Below, one piece after another: positions 29,337 through 39,344 of a stretch of 64,000 nt of DNA (the stretch's first letter is position 1; the number at the start of each line of letters is the position of its first letter). The stretch lies in NCBI GenBank assembly GCA_041690135.1, contig JAWLHY010000011.1, forward strand, positions 224,001 to 288,000, given 5' to 3'. Made by a program: the position numbers and the translations under genes. The notes beneath the pieces are model-generated. The model was not told the origin of the DNA. It saw only the letters and a list, made by a program, of their open reading frames with translations, and searched no databases. The DNA is from Armatimonadota bacterium (GTDB taxonomy: Bacteria; Armatimonadota; SYMT01).

Positions 29337-29694
29337 GGGAAGGTGCGGAGAGTGCCAGGAGCGCGTGGATGGCGGCATCTCGGCTGGCGTGGAGCGGCAG
29401 AAGGTCCTTCCAGCGGAGAATCTCCAGGGGCCGTTCCACCCGCCAATTGCCGTGGGTGACGATGGCCAGGGGTCGGTGGACGGCGGCCATGCTGCGGCCG
29501 CACCGGAGGAGGAAGCGAGCGCCCCGCCCGTCCATGAACGTGACTTCCTGGAGATTGAGCAAGACCGCGGGAGGCTCGGATGCGAGTGTAGCGGACCAGC
29601 GGGCCTGTGCATCGGCCTCGGTGCAGGCGTCAAGGTCTCCGCTGATGATGAACTCGATGCACTCCTGGGTGGTGTAGGTCTCCACTAGCAGCAT
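29329..29694 (-). CDS. STAS-domain anti-sigma factor antagonist (degenerate)
   Basis: ISGDLDA, VLLNLQEVTFMDGRG, VERPLEI. Confidence 0.8.
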   Translation of the reverse strand: MLLVETYTTQECIEFIISGDLDACTEADAQARWSATLASEPPAVLLNLQEVTFMDGRGARFLLRCGRSMAAVHRPLAIVTHGNWRVERPLEILRWKDLLPLHASRDAAIHALLALSAPSHS

Positions 29695-29890
29695 AACGTG
29701 TATTTCCCTGGAGACGAAGCAGGCCCTTAAGAGGCGTGGGCCCTCTGCGAGGAACCTGCGGAGCTTGCCCTAGAATTGCTCCAAGAGAACGTATTGAAAC
29801 ATAAAGATCGAGCCTCTTTGGTAGATCGGCAGGTTAGGGCTCTCCCAAACGTCGGGTGTACTTCCGTGTCAAACAGAGTCGCACCGGTGC

Positions 29891-29916
29891 GTTTGCTTTT
29901 GGGAGGGATTGGGTAA
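29891..29916 (+). promoter_or_regulatory. Putative SigB/SigF-type promoter upstream of the 30116 sigma gene
   Basis: GTTT-N16-GGGTAA. Confidence 0.55.
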
Positions 29917-30115
29917 ACCTCACACACCTGGCAGCCACCAGCAACCCGCCCGTTCGCTCTCCCGACGCAAACGGCGGGCCTTTTGCCCTGCTTCCCGGAC
30001 GGCTCTCTGCCCTTCCATGTCCGGATATGTTCGGATATGTCCGGAAGCGAAGGAGGCGGCCGACCCAGGCCCGCGGCATCTCGGCCGCCCGACAGCAGCG
30101 AGTTAGAGACAAGCC

Positions 30116-30964
30116 ATGAGCGACCCCACTCCTACCCCTACGCCCGCGCCCGTCACCACCACCGTTCAGCCGACGTCCGACGCCCCGGCGACTCCCGCCG
30201 GAAGTAGGGGAAGAGATCCCGCTCTGGATCCCGACAGCGCCCATGCCCTCTTGCTGGAGTACACGCGGACCCGCGACGTGGAGATCCGCAATCAACTGGT
30301 GCTCCGTTACAGCCGGCTGGTCCACTACCTCGCCAGCCGGTTTTCCGCGAACGGGATCACCGGTCGCGACGACCTGATCCAGGTCGGTTACATGGGCCTG
30401 ATCTCCGCTATCGAGCGCTACGATCCGGAAGCGGGCGGCGGGTTCACCACGTTCGCCATGGTCACCATCCGCGGCGTGATCCAGCACTTCCTCCGCGATC
30501 ACACCTGGGGCCTCAAAGCACCGCGCCGCCTGCGGGAGTTGGCGACCCGCCTCCGCCGCCTGCGGGACGAGCTGGAGCAGAGCCTGGGCCGCCCGCCCTC
30601 GGTGGCGGAAATGGCCGAGGCGGCCGGCGTGACTCGCGAGAAGCTGCTGGAAGCCATGGAAGTCGATCAGCTCTACCAGCCCACCTCCCTGGACGCTTAC
30701 CGCAACGAGGACAGCGGCGACGGCCGGGTGGCGCTGCGCGACTCGATCGGCGGCGAGGACCCGGGCTTCAATGGGGTGGAAGAGAAGGAACTGGTCCGCT
30801 GGGCCCTGGGTACCCTGGACGAGCGCGAGCGCGCCATCATCTACCAGCGGTTCTACGGCGAAGCTTCCCAGGCGGAAGTAGCTGGCGACCTGGGAATCTC
30901 CCAGATGCACGTCTCCCGCCTGGAACGCAAGGCCCTTTCGCGGCTAAGGGCTCTACTGAGCTAA
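30116..30964 (+). CDS. SigB/SigF/SigG-family sigma factor
   Basis: DDLIQVG..GLISAIERYDP, FAMVTIRGVIQHFLRD, SQAEVAGDLGISQMHVSRL. Confidence 0.93.
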   Translation: MSDPTPTPTPAPVTTTVQPTSDAPATPAGSRGRDPALDPDSAHALLLEYTRTRDVEIRNQLVLRYSRLVHYLASRFSANGITGRDDLIQVGYMGLISAIERYDPEAGGGFTTFAMVTIRGVIQHFLRDHTWGLKAPRRLRELATRLRRLRDELEQSLGRPPSVAEMAEAAGVTREKLLEAMEVDQLYQPTSLDAYRNEDSGDGRVALRDSIGGEDPGFNGVEEKELVRWALGTLDERERAIIYQRFYGEASQAEVAGDLGISQMHVSRLERKALSRLRALLS

Positions 30965-30987
30965 CCGGAAGGAATGGGGGAAGCGAA

Positions 30988-31039
30988 GAAAGGGGGAATG
31001 GGAGCGTCTTGTAACCGGGACGCTCCCATTCCCCCTTTC
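30988..31039. terminator. Hairpin between convergent sigma and radical SAM genes
   Basis: GAAAGGGGGAATGGGAGCGTC/GACGCTCCCATTCCCCCTTTC 21-bp perfect stem. Confidence 0.75.
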
Positions 31040-31092
31040 GTCCATTCTCCGCTTCCACCTGTCCGAGGTAGCCGGACGAGGTTAACACACCT

Positions 31093-32751
31093 TCAGGTGG
31101 CCACCAGCGTTTCCTTGCTCGAGCGGGCGGGGCTGTAGAAACACTTCTCACCCTTCCCGGCGGCGCACTCGCGGGCGAACCGGATCAGGTGGTACGACAC
31201 CATCCCCACGTGGATGACCGCTTCGATGTCGAGGCTGCGCAGGCGGGGGGCGGCCATCTTCCAGAAGATCCGGCGGTAGTCCGACTTGGCCCCCGCCATC
31301 CAGAGCAAGCGAGCCAGGATCCCGAGGCCCCGTCGGACCATTTCCGAGTCGACCTTGCGCATCTCGGCGGGAATCTTCTTCCGGTTGGGGTACGTCTCCC
31401 GGAGTTGATGTTCAAAGCGGGCGTAGAGGCGTTCGGGCGTGTACGCCTCCGTCACGCACTTCTGCCACATGCTCACCACGGTTTCGTAGGGCAGCAGGAA
31501 CTCCACGTTGGACTCGCGGTCCATCCCATCCAGCAGCCGGCCTTCCGTCTCAAGCCGTCGCCAGAGCGGCGTTTTGGGCAGGGCGTGCAGGATGTTGATG
31601 GTGAGCATCGGGATCGCGGACTCTTCGATGAACTCCAGGATCCGGTCGCCCGTGGTCGGTGTATCGGTGTCGAGGCCGATGATGATGCCGGACACGACCT
31701 CCATCCCGTAGCTGTTGATCTTCCGCACGCTTTCCACGATCGGGTGGCGCAGGTTCTGCTTCTTCTGGATCGCCTGGAGAGCGTGCTCTTCGGGGGTTTC
31801 GATCCCGCAGAAGACGGTTCCGAAATAGGCCTCCCGCATCAATTCCAGCACTTCGTCGCATTCGGAGATGTTCAGGGTCGCCTCGCACGCGAACTGGAGC
31901 GGGTAACCGTTCCGCTGCTGCCACGCAACCAGCTCCTTCAGCAGCGCGAGGGCCGCCTTCCGGTTGCCGATGAAGTTGTCGTCCACGAAGTAGACCGCGC
32001 CGGGAGCCCCCTGGGCGATCATCGCGTCCAGTTCGGCGGTCACCTGCTGCGGGGACTTGAGGCGGGGATTGCGTCCGTACAGCTCCGGAATATCGCAGAA
32101 CTCGCAGCGGTAGGGGCAGCCGCTGGAAAACTGGATGTTGCCGAGCAGGTAGTCCCGCAGGCGCACGAGGTGATAGGCCGGCACCGGAAATTCCGCCAGC
32201 GGCAGCCGCTCTTGTGTGGTGTAGACCTCCTGGACCGGGGGCCGCGCGATGCTCGCGTCGAGCCGCGCGATGATGGCGTCCGTGGAGTCACCCAACTCCC
32301 CGCAGTGGAGGAGGTCGACCTCGCCGTACCACTCGGGGCAGCCGGAGACGGAGGGGCCTCCCAACACCGTCACCTTCCCAAGCCGGTGCGCCCGGCGATT
32401 GATATCGATGATGAAATCCCGCTGGACGTGCATCCCCGTGATGAAGACCACCTCCGCCCAGGCGAATTCATCGTCCCGCACCGGCCGCACGTTCTCATCG
32501 ACGAACCGGATCTCCCATTCCTTCGGCAGGTAAGCTGCGATCAGCAGGATACCCTGCGGCGGCATGAACGCCTTGCACCCCATGATCGGGAAGGCATGGT
32601 CAAAGGTGCCGAAGGAGTGGGTGTAGCGGGGCGCCACGCAGAGAATGCGCCGCCGGTTGGAGACTTTCACCGGTTCGCGGCGGGAAGCCGGCTCGAGCGT
32701 ACTCAGTTGTGCCAGGGGGACGGTCGTGGATGGGGAGAGCGTGCCTGACAT
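31093..32751 (-). CDS. hpnP: B12-binding radical SAM methyltransferase, hopanoid C-2 methylase-like
   Basis: RRILCV.PRY..SFGTF; AFMPPQG.L.IAAYLP; GMH.QR; GELGD.TD; SSGCPYRCEFCDIP.LYGRNPRLK; TINILHALPKTPLW; RESNV.FLLP, which match HpnP as recalled from memory (not aligned). Confidence 0.82.
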   Translation of the reverse strand: MSGTLSPSTTVPLAQLSTLEPASRREPVKVSNRRRILCVAPRYTHSFGTFDHAFPIMGCKAFMPPQGILLIAAYLPKEWEIRFVDENVRPVRDDEFAWAEVVFITGMHVQRDFIIDINRRAHRLGKVTVLGGPSVSGCPEWYGEVDLLHCGELGDSTDAIIARLDASIARPPVQEVYTTQERLPLAEFPVPAYHLVRLRDYLLGNIQFSSGCPYRCEFCDIPELYGRNPRLKSPQQVTAELDAMIAQGAPGAVYFVDDNFIGNRKAALALLKELVAWQQRNGYPLQFACEATLNISECDEVLELMREAYFGTVFCGIETPEEHALQAIQKKQNLRHPIVESVRKINSYGMEVVSGIIIGLDTDTPTTGDRILEFIEESAIPMLTINILHALPKTPLWRRLETEGRLLDGMDRESNVEFLLPYETVVSMWQKCVTEAYTPERLYARFEHQLRETYPNRKKIPAEMRKVDSEMVRRGLGILARLLWMAGAKSDYRRIFWKMAAPRLRSLDIEAVIHVGMVSYHLIRFARECAAGKGEKCFYSPARSSKETLVAT

Positions 32752-33190
32752 AAAGCGGATCAACGACCTCTAGGGGACACGGCCGTGAGCCGTGCCGCGG
32801 TACTGCCGTTCCGGACGGGAGACCCTATGAGCCGATCGAAAGGACTGCCAAACGATAACCGCTACGGTTGGGCGAGTAAACTCGCGGCTGCAAACAGCGA
32901 CTGCCCAGAGGGCGCCCGCCTGCGTCGGCTGGGAACGGTGTAGCGGATACTCCTTGACGGATCCTAAGGTTTCCTGTGCGGATTGAGGCCTCGGTCTCCG
33001 TGCCGGGCCTACCGGTAAGGAGAGCACGCACGGCGGCAAATCACCCGGGTGCTTCTCCAGATTTTCATGAGTGTACGTCATGGCCGGTACCCTGTCCACC
33101 CTGGGGCTCTCGTCCCGCCCCCCGGCGTGGGGCAGCACCGGTTGCCAGGGAGGGAACCAGGACCTCTCTAGCGAATCTTCCCTTCCCGTG

Positions 33191-36058
33191 ATGAAGTTTG
33201 AACGTGTCTTTCTGGGCTGGGAACGCCCTGGGCTCCCTTCCGCCGTCCGGTTCCTCCGCGAGCGCTACGCCAGCGGCCGGGACTGGGACCTGCGCCGGGT
33301 GCTTGTGGTCGTGCCGGGTGGCCGCGCGGCGCGGCGCCTGCTGGAGCTTCTGGCCGAGGAAGCCCCGGCCCGCGAGGATCGTCCGGCGCTGGCCCTGGCG
33401 CCGCCGGTGATCGTCACCACCGGCAACCTGCCGGAACAGCTCTATCCCGCGCCGTTGCGGCCGGTGGAGCCGCTGCGCGCGCTCCTGCTCCGGATCCAGG
33501 CGCTGCAGGCCCGGCCGGACCTCCTCGCCCGGATCGTGCCGGCGCCGCCCGAGGCTCGCGATCTCCCGGGCTGGGTGTCGCTCGCCCAGGACCTGGAACG
33601 GCTCGTGGTGGAACTGGCGGGAGAGGCGCTCACCCCGGCGGATGTGGCGCGGCACTGCCGGACCGCCGAGACAGCCTACTGCGACGCGGAGCGCTGGGAG
33701 GCGTTGGAGGCGCTGCAGCAAGATTACCTGGCGCTGCTGGAAGCCGAGGAGCTCGCCGACCTCCACGCGGCGCGGTTCCGGGCGCTGGAGGCCGGCGCAC
33801 CGGCCCCCTTCCGCGACGTGGTGCTGCTGGGGACCGTAGACCTGAACCGGATCAGCCGTCGGCTCCTGGAGCGGAGCGGGGCTCGGGTGACCGCCCTGGT
33901 CCCTGCCTCGGAAGAGGCGGCGGAGGGCTACGACGCCTTCGGCTGCTTGAAGATGGACTGGTGGGAAGCGCGGCGGATCGAGATTCCCGAGTCAGCCATC
34001 CGGATCGTGGACCGTCCCCGCAATCAACTCGAGGCGGTGGTGGAGCGGCTTGCCACCCTCGGCGCAAACTGCCGGGCGGACCAGGTTACCCTGGGCGTGG
34101 GGGACGCCGTCTTCGCCCCGGCGTTGGAACGGGGCCTGGAGCTGGCCGGCATTCCCGCGCGCTCGGCCGTGGGCCGGGAGGTGGCTCACACTCGCCCGGT
34201 GGTGCTGCTCCGCGCCATTGCCGACTACCTGGAAGACCGGCGCACGGACCGTTTCGCCGCGCTCCTGCGCCACCCGGACATCGAGGCCTGGCTACTTCAT
34301 ATCCGGGTGATCGGCGAGGGCCATGCCACGCCTTTGCGTGGGGACTGGCTCAAGCTGCTCGATGAATACACCGGCGAACACCTGCCGGTCCACCTGGGCG
34401 ATTACTGGGCGGAGGACGTTTCCCAGAGAGAAGGGGAGCCTGCTGCGGTACACCACCGGTGGCCGGTTCTCCAGACCGTGTACTCTGCCATTTCCCGCCT
34501 GCTCGCCCCCCTCTCGGGCCGGTCCCGCCCGCTGCGGGAATGGGCATCCCCGCTGGCCGCGCTGCTGGGGGAGGTGTACGGGGGTCGCGACCTGGACCGG
34601 AACCGGCCCGCCGACCTGGAGCTGATCCGCAGCCTGGAAACGGTGGCCCTCCGCCTGCGCGAGTTCGCGGAGTTGCCGCCGGAAGCCCCCGGCGTCCCGG
34701 TGACCGGCGCCTCCCAGGCGCTCGCACTGGTGCTGAACGGCCTGGCGGAAGTCACCCTTCCGGAAGAGGGAAAGCCCGGCGCGGTGGAGCTGCTGGGCTG
34801 GCTGGAGCTGGCGCTGGACGATGCGCCGGTCCTGCTGGTCACCGGCTTCAACGAAGGCTGCATTCCCGAAAGCGTGAGCGCCGACGCCTTCCTGCCGGAC
34901 GGTCTGCGCCGGGAGCTGGGGCTGCTGGACAACCGCCGCCGGTACGCGCGCGACGCCGCGATCCTGGAGGGCCTCGTCCGCAGTCGCGAGCAGTTGCTCC
35001 TGGTCGCGGGACGCCGGACCGCCGCGGGAGAACCGCTCGCCCCCAGCCGTCTGTTCTTTGCCTGCGACGAGGCGACCCTGATCCGCCGGGCGCTCACCTT
35101 CTACGGGGCGGAAGCGGAGGCCGCGGGCGGAGCCGCCGGAGTACCCGCTCCCCGCCTGCTCCTGCCCGCCGGAGAGAAGTCGCGCTTCCGGGTGCCGCGA
35201 CCCCGCAAGCCGGAGCGCCCCGTGAACCGGCTGCCGGTGACGGCGTTCCGCTCCTACCTCGCCTGCCCCTACCGCTTCTACCTGCGCCACGTGCTCAAGC
35301 TGGCCGGGCTGGACGATGCCAGGTTGGAGATGGATGGCGGGCTCTTCGGCAACCTGCTGCACGACGTGGTTCGCGACTGGGGCCGCGGCCCGCTCGTGGA
35401 CACCACCAATCCCGCCCTACTGGCGGAAGAGCTCGGCACGTGTCTCGACCACCTGGCCCGGGAGCGGTTCGGTCCGGAGCGGCTTCCCGCGGTCGAGATC
35501 CAGTTGTACCAGGCCCGCCGTCGCCTCCAATCGTTCGCCCGGTGGCAGGCCGCGCACGCGGCGGAGGGCTGGCGGATCGAATGGGTAGAGGCCGACCTGG
35601 AAGCCACCGTGGAGGTGGACGGCGAGCCGTTTACCCTCCATGGCCGGGTCGACCGGATCGACGTCCACCCAGACCTGGGTTGTCTCGTGCTGGATTACAA
35701 AACGGGCGATATGGGCCGCGGTCCGGAAGAAGTCCACCGCACCGGCCGGAAGGGTGCACGCACCTGGGCCGATCTTCAGCTTCCCCTTTACCGCCGCCTC
35801 GCCGCCTCCCTCGACATCGAGCCCCAATCGGTGCGGCTGGGGTACCTCTGCCTCCCACGCGACCTGGGCGCCCCGACCCTGCTGGAGGCGGAATGGACGG
35901 AGGCGGAGTTGGCGGAGGCCGAAGCGGAGGCCCTCCGCGTGATCCGCGAGATCCGGATCGGAGAGTTCTGGCCCCCGAAGCCCGCGCCCCTCTACACGGA
36001 TGACTTTAGCGGGATCTGCCTCGACCGCTGTCTCGACCGTGAGGCGCTGCTGCAATGA
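33191..36058 (+). CDS. addB: AddB/RecC-like subunit with PD-(D/E)XK nuclease domain
   Basis: Inactive helicase-like N-part; YLACPYRFY, GNLLH, GRVDRID, VLDYKTG, LQLPLY; overlaps the next gene (ATGA). Confidence 0.8.
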   Translation: MKFERVFLGWERPGLPSAVRFLRERYASGRDWDLRRVLVVVPGGRAARRLLELLAEEAPAREDRPALALAPPVIVTTGNLPEQLYPAPLRPVEPLRALLLRIQALQARPDLLARIVPAPPEARDLPGWVSLAQDLERLVVELAGEALTPADVARHCRTAETAYCDAERWEALEALQQDYLALLEAEELADLHAARFRALEAGAPAPFRDVVLLGTVDLNRISRRLLERSGARVTALVPASEEAAEGYDAFGCLKMDWWEARRIEIPESAIRIVDRPRNQLEAVVERLATLGANCRADQVTLGVGDAVFAPALERGLELAGIPARSAVGREVAHTRPVVLLRAIADYLEDRRTDRFAALLRHPDIEAWLLHIRVIGEGHATPLRGDWLKLLDEYTGEHLPVHLGDYWAEDVSQREGEPAAVHHRWPVLQTVYSAISRLLAPLSGRSRPLREWASPLAALLGEVYGGRDLDRNRPADLELIRSLETVALRLREFAELPPEAPGVPVTGASQALALVLNGLAEVTLPEEGKPGAVELLGWLELALDDAPVLLVTGFNEGCIPESVSADAFLPDGLRRELGLLDNRRRYARDAAILEGLVRSREQLLLVAGRRTAAGEPLAPSRLFFACDEATLIRRALTFYGAEAEAAGGAAGVPAPRLLLPAGEKSRFRVPRPRKPERPVNRLPVTAFRSYLACPYRFYLRHVLKLAGLDDARLEMDGGLFGNLLHDVVRDWGRGPLVDTTNPALLAEELGTCLDHLARERFGPERLPAVEIQLYQARRRLQSFARWQAAHAAEGWRIEWVEADLEATVEVDGEPFTLHGRVDRIDVHPDLGCLVLDYKTGDMGRGPEEVHRTGRKGARTWADLQLPLYRRLAASLDIEPQSVRLGYLCLPRDLGAPTLLEAEWTEAELAEAEAEALRVIREIRIGEFWPPKPAPLYTDDFSGICLDRCLDREALLQ

Positions 36059-39000
36059 CGCGGACCGCTCCCACCCTCGAAGCGATGCGGGCCTCGGCGG
36101 GGTCCGGTAAGACCTACAGTCTCACCACGCGCTACCTACGCATCCTCCAGCGCGGCGAGACCCCCGACCGGGTGCTCGCGACCACCTTCACCCGCAAGGC
36201 AGCCGGTGAGATCCTGGGCCGGGTCCTCCAACGCCTGGCCGAGGCGGCGGACGCCGAAGAACCATCGACCGCCCTGGCCCGCGACCTGGGCGATCCCCGC
36301 CTGCAGCGGGACGACTTCCGGCGACAGCTCGCCGACCTCTGCCGCACGCTCCACCGGGTTTCGATCTCCACGCTGGACAGCTTCTTCAGCCGCCTCTCCC
36401 AGAGCTTCCGGCACGAGCTGCAGTTCCCGTCCGGGGCGCTGCTGATGGAGGCCGAGAGCCCCACCGCGATGCAGCTCCGCTTGGAGGCGGTGCGCGCCGT
36501 GCTGGCCGAGGGCCCGCTGGAAGAGCTGATCCAACTGCTGGACCAGCTCCAGCAGGGGCGGGCGCAGTCTTCCGTGACCCACGCCCTGGACGGGATGATC
36601 TCCCAGCTCTACGAGGTGTTCCGGCAGGCCCCGCGAGAGGCGTGGTTTGCCCTGCGCGCCCCGGAGACCCCGGACGACGAAGCGGTGGCGCGGATCCTCA
36701 CCGGGCTGGAGCGAAGCGCCGCGACCGCCACCGACAAGCGGCTCGTGAAGGCGATCCAGGGAGACGCGCAGCGCGCCCGCGACGGGGACTGGGGCGGCTT
36801 CTTGAGTAAGGGCTTGGCGCCGAAGGTGATGGAAAACCTCACCTACTACAACAAGCCGATCCCGGACGAAATCGCGATGTTGTACCACGGCCTCATCGAC
36901 CGGGGTCGGGCGGAGTTGATTCAGCGCATCCGGAGCCAGACCGAGGCCACGTACCACCTGCTCCGGCGTTTCGACCAGCACTACCGGGAGCTGCGCCGCC
37001 GGAGACGGGCGCTGCTCTTCTCCGACGTGCCGTATGCCCTCTCGGCCTTCCTGGCGGACCGGCCGCTCGAGGAAGTGGCATACCGGCTGGACGGCCGGGT
37101 CGATCACCTGTTGCTGGACGAGTTCCAGGACACCAGCCCGGAACAGTGGGAGATCCTGCGCCCCTTCGCGCGCCGGATCGCCGAGCGCTCCGCGGGAGGC
37201 GGCACGGCGACCGGCTCGCTGTTCTGCGTGGGGGACGTAAAACAGGCGATCTATGGCTGGCGCGGCGGCTGCGCGGAGATCTTCAACCAACTCGATGCGG
37301 ACCTGGGAGGGCTGGCGTGGGAGAGCACCGAGCGGAGCTATCGCTCCTCGCAGGTGGTGCTGGACGCCGTCAACCGCGTCTTCGGCACCCTGACCACCAA
37401 CCCGATCCTCAACGAGTGTGCGGTGGACGCGGAAGCATGGCAGGCCGGCTTCCAGGAGCACGTCGCCGTCAAGACGCTGCCCGGGTTCGTCGAGCTGGTC
37501 ACCTCCCCCGCCGCGCCGGGAGAGGAGGGAGAGGCGGAGGGCCCGGCGTCCGCCGGCGGTGAGGAAGTCGGCGGGGAGAGCCGGCCCGGCGGGCACGAGC
37601 AGTGCGTGGCGAAGCGGATCGCGCAACTGGCGAAGGACCACCCCACCGCCTCGATCGGCGTGCTGATGCGGACCAACGACGCTGTCCGCCGGATGATCTT
37701 CCTCCTGCAAAAGCTGAACGTCAGTGCCAGCGGCGAAGGCGGCAGCTCCGTGGACGACGACCCGGCCGTAGAGGCGATCCTCGCCGCCCTCACGCTGGCC
37801 GACCATCCGGGAAATACCGCCGCCCTGTTCCACGTCCGGAACACTCCCCTGGCGCCGCTCCTCGGATTGGAGAACGACCGCCCGGAGCACGCCGCCGAGG
37901 TGGCGCGCCGGGTCCGGACGCTGCTCCTGGTGGAAGGCTACCCGGCGGCGATCGGGGAGTGGGCCCGCCGCCTCGCCCCGGAATGCGACGTGCGGGGAGC
38001 CCAGCGCCTGGCGCAGCTCGTGGACCTGGCGGAGCTTTACGAGACCGGGGCGGGCCTGCGCCCCTCCGATTTCGTGCGGTTCGTCCGCGCCACCCCTGTG
38101 GAAGAGCCGGTCCCCGCCCGCGTCCGCGTGATGAGCATCCACAAGTCCAAGGGCCTGGAGTTCGACGTGGTGGTCCTGCCCGAACTGCACAAGAAGATCG
38201 CGGCCATCTCCCCGGTCCTCCTGGTGGATCGCCCGGCACCCACGGCGCCGATCTGCGCGGTCTACCGCTGTCCGGACAAGGAGATCCGCGCCGCCATCCC
38301 GGAGCTGCAGCAGGCGTACGCGGGCCACCGGAGCCGCGAGATCTGCGAGAGCCTTTGCCTGCTTTACGTCGCCCTGACCCGGGCCCGCAGCGCGCTCCAC
38401 CTGATCATTCCGCCCCTCCAACAGACTGAGAAGGGAGCCGTCCGCAAAGAGTCGCTCTCCCATGCCGCCCTCCTCCGGGCCGCCCTGCGCGCGCCAGACG
38501 TGGAAGAGGGCTTCGAGGGTGGGCAGGTGCTCTACCAGGCCGGAGACCCGCGCTGGGACCGGGGCACGGATCGCCGGTCCGGGCCCACCGCGGCAGCCCC
38601 CGCTCCCCCCGTGGTGCCGCTGGCCCCCATCCGCCTCGCCCCGGCCGAGGGGACCGAGCAGCGCGGCTGGCGCACGATCCGCCCATCGGACCTGGAGAAC
38701 GGCGGTCGGGTACGTGCGGCCCGGCTCCTGGAGTTGGAGGATACCGAGGCCCAGCGGTTCGGGACCCTGATCCACGCCTGGTTCGAGCAGGTGACCTGGA
38801 CCGGCGAACCCCTGCCGCCGGACGAGGAGCTGCTCCGGATCGGCGCCCGCGTCGTGCCGGATCAGGAAGAGACCTGGTATGCCGCCTCCCTAGAGGCGTT
38901 CCGCGGGATGCTGGAGCTGCCTGGCGTCCGGGATGCCCTCCAGCGCCCGGAAACGGTAGTCCCTGATGAGGAGCAAGAAGCGCCCGCCGTCGAACTCTGG

Positions 39001-39279
39001 CGCGAGCGCCCCTTCGTGGCCCGGGTCGACGGCGCCCTCATGCAAGGAATCTTCGACCGGGTGGTCCTCCACCGCCGCTCTGAGGAAGTGACCGCCGCGG
39101 AGATCCTGGACTTCAAAACCGACGAAGTCTCTTCCGACGATCTCTCCCCACTGGTCGAGACCTATCGTCCGCAACTCGAAGCCTACCGCCGCGCCCTTTC
39201 GGTTCTCCTGGACCTTCCCACCGAGAAGATCCAGGCCCGGCTGCTCCTCGTCCGCCCGGGATTAGTGGTGACGATATAG
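36055..39279 (+). CDS. addA: AddA/RecB-like UvrD helicase-nuclease
   Basis: ASAGSGKT, TFTRKAA, LDEFQDT, VGDVKQAIYGWRG, MSIHKSKGLEF, YVALTRA, GIFDR..DFKT..QLEAY. Confidence 0.88.
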   Translation: MTRTAPTLEAMRASAGSGKTYSLTTRYLRILQRGETPDRVLATTFTRKAAGEILGRVLQRLAEAADAEEPSTALARDLGDPRLQRDDFRRQLADLCRTLHRVSISTLDSFFSRLSQSFRHELQFPSGALLMEAESPTAMQLRLEAVRAVLAEGPLEELIQLLDQLQQGRAQSSVTHALDGMISQLYEVFRQAPREAWFALRAPETPDDEAVARILTGLERSAATATDKRLVKAIQGDAQRARDGDWGGFLSKGLAPKVMENLTYYNKPIPDEIAMLYHGLIDRGRAELIQRIRSQTEATYHLLRRFDQHYRELRRRRRALLFSDVPYALSAFLADRPLEEVAYRLDGRVDHLLLDEFQDTSPEQWEILRPFARRIAERSAGGGTATGSLFCVGDVKQAIYGWRGGCAEIFNQLDADLGGLAWESTERSYRSSQVVLDAVNRVFGTLTTNPILNECAVDAEAWQAGFQEHVAVKTLPGFVELVTSPAAPGEEGEAEGPASAGGEEVGGESRPGGHEQCVAKRIAQLAKDHPTASIGVLMRTNDAVRRMIFLLQKLNVSASGEGGSSVDDDPAVEAILAALTLADHPGNTAALFHVRNTPLAPLLGLENDRPEHAAEVARRVRTLLLVEGYPAAIGEWARRLAPECDVRGAQRLAQLVDLAELYETGAGLRPSDFVRFVRATPVEEPVPARVRVMSIHKSKGLEFDVVVLPELHKKIAAISPVLLVDRPAPTAPICAVYRCPDKEIRAAIPELQQAYAGHRSREICESLCLLYVALTRARSALHLIIPPLQQTEKGAVRKESLSHAALLRAALRAPDVEEGFEGGQVLYQAGDPRWDRGTDRRSGPTAAAPAPPVVPLAPIRLAPAEGTEQRGWRTIRPSDLENGGRVRAARLLELEDTEAQRFGTLIHAWFEQVTWTGEPLPPDEELLRIGARVVPDQEETWYAASLEAFRGMLELPGVRDALQRPETVVPDEEQEAPAVELWRERPFVARVDGALMQGIFDRVVLHRRSEEVTAAEILDFKTDEVSSDDLSPLVETYRPQLEAYRRALSVLLDLPTEKIQARLLLVRPGLVVTI

Positions 39280-39344
39280 CCTTGTGGTACGTTGTCTTCC
39301 GTGGTGGTGAAGCAAGCCGTGACAAACGGACACGACTCCGTTCC

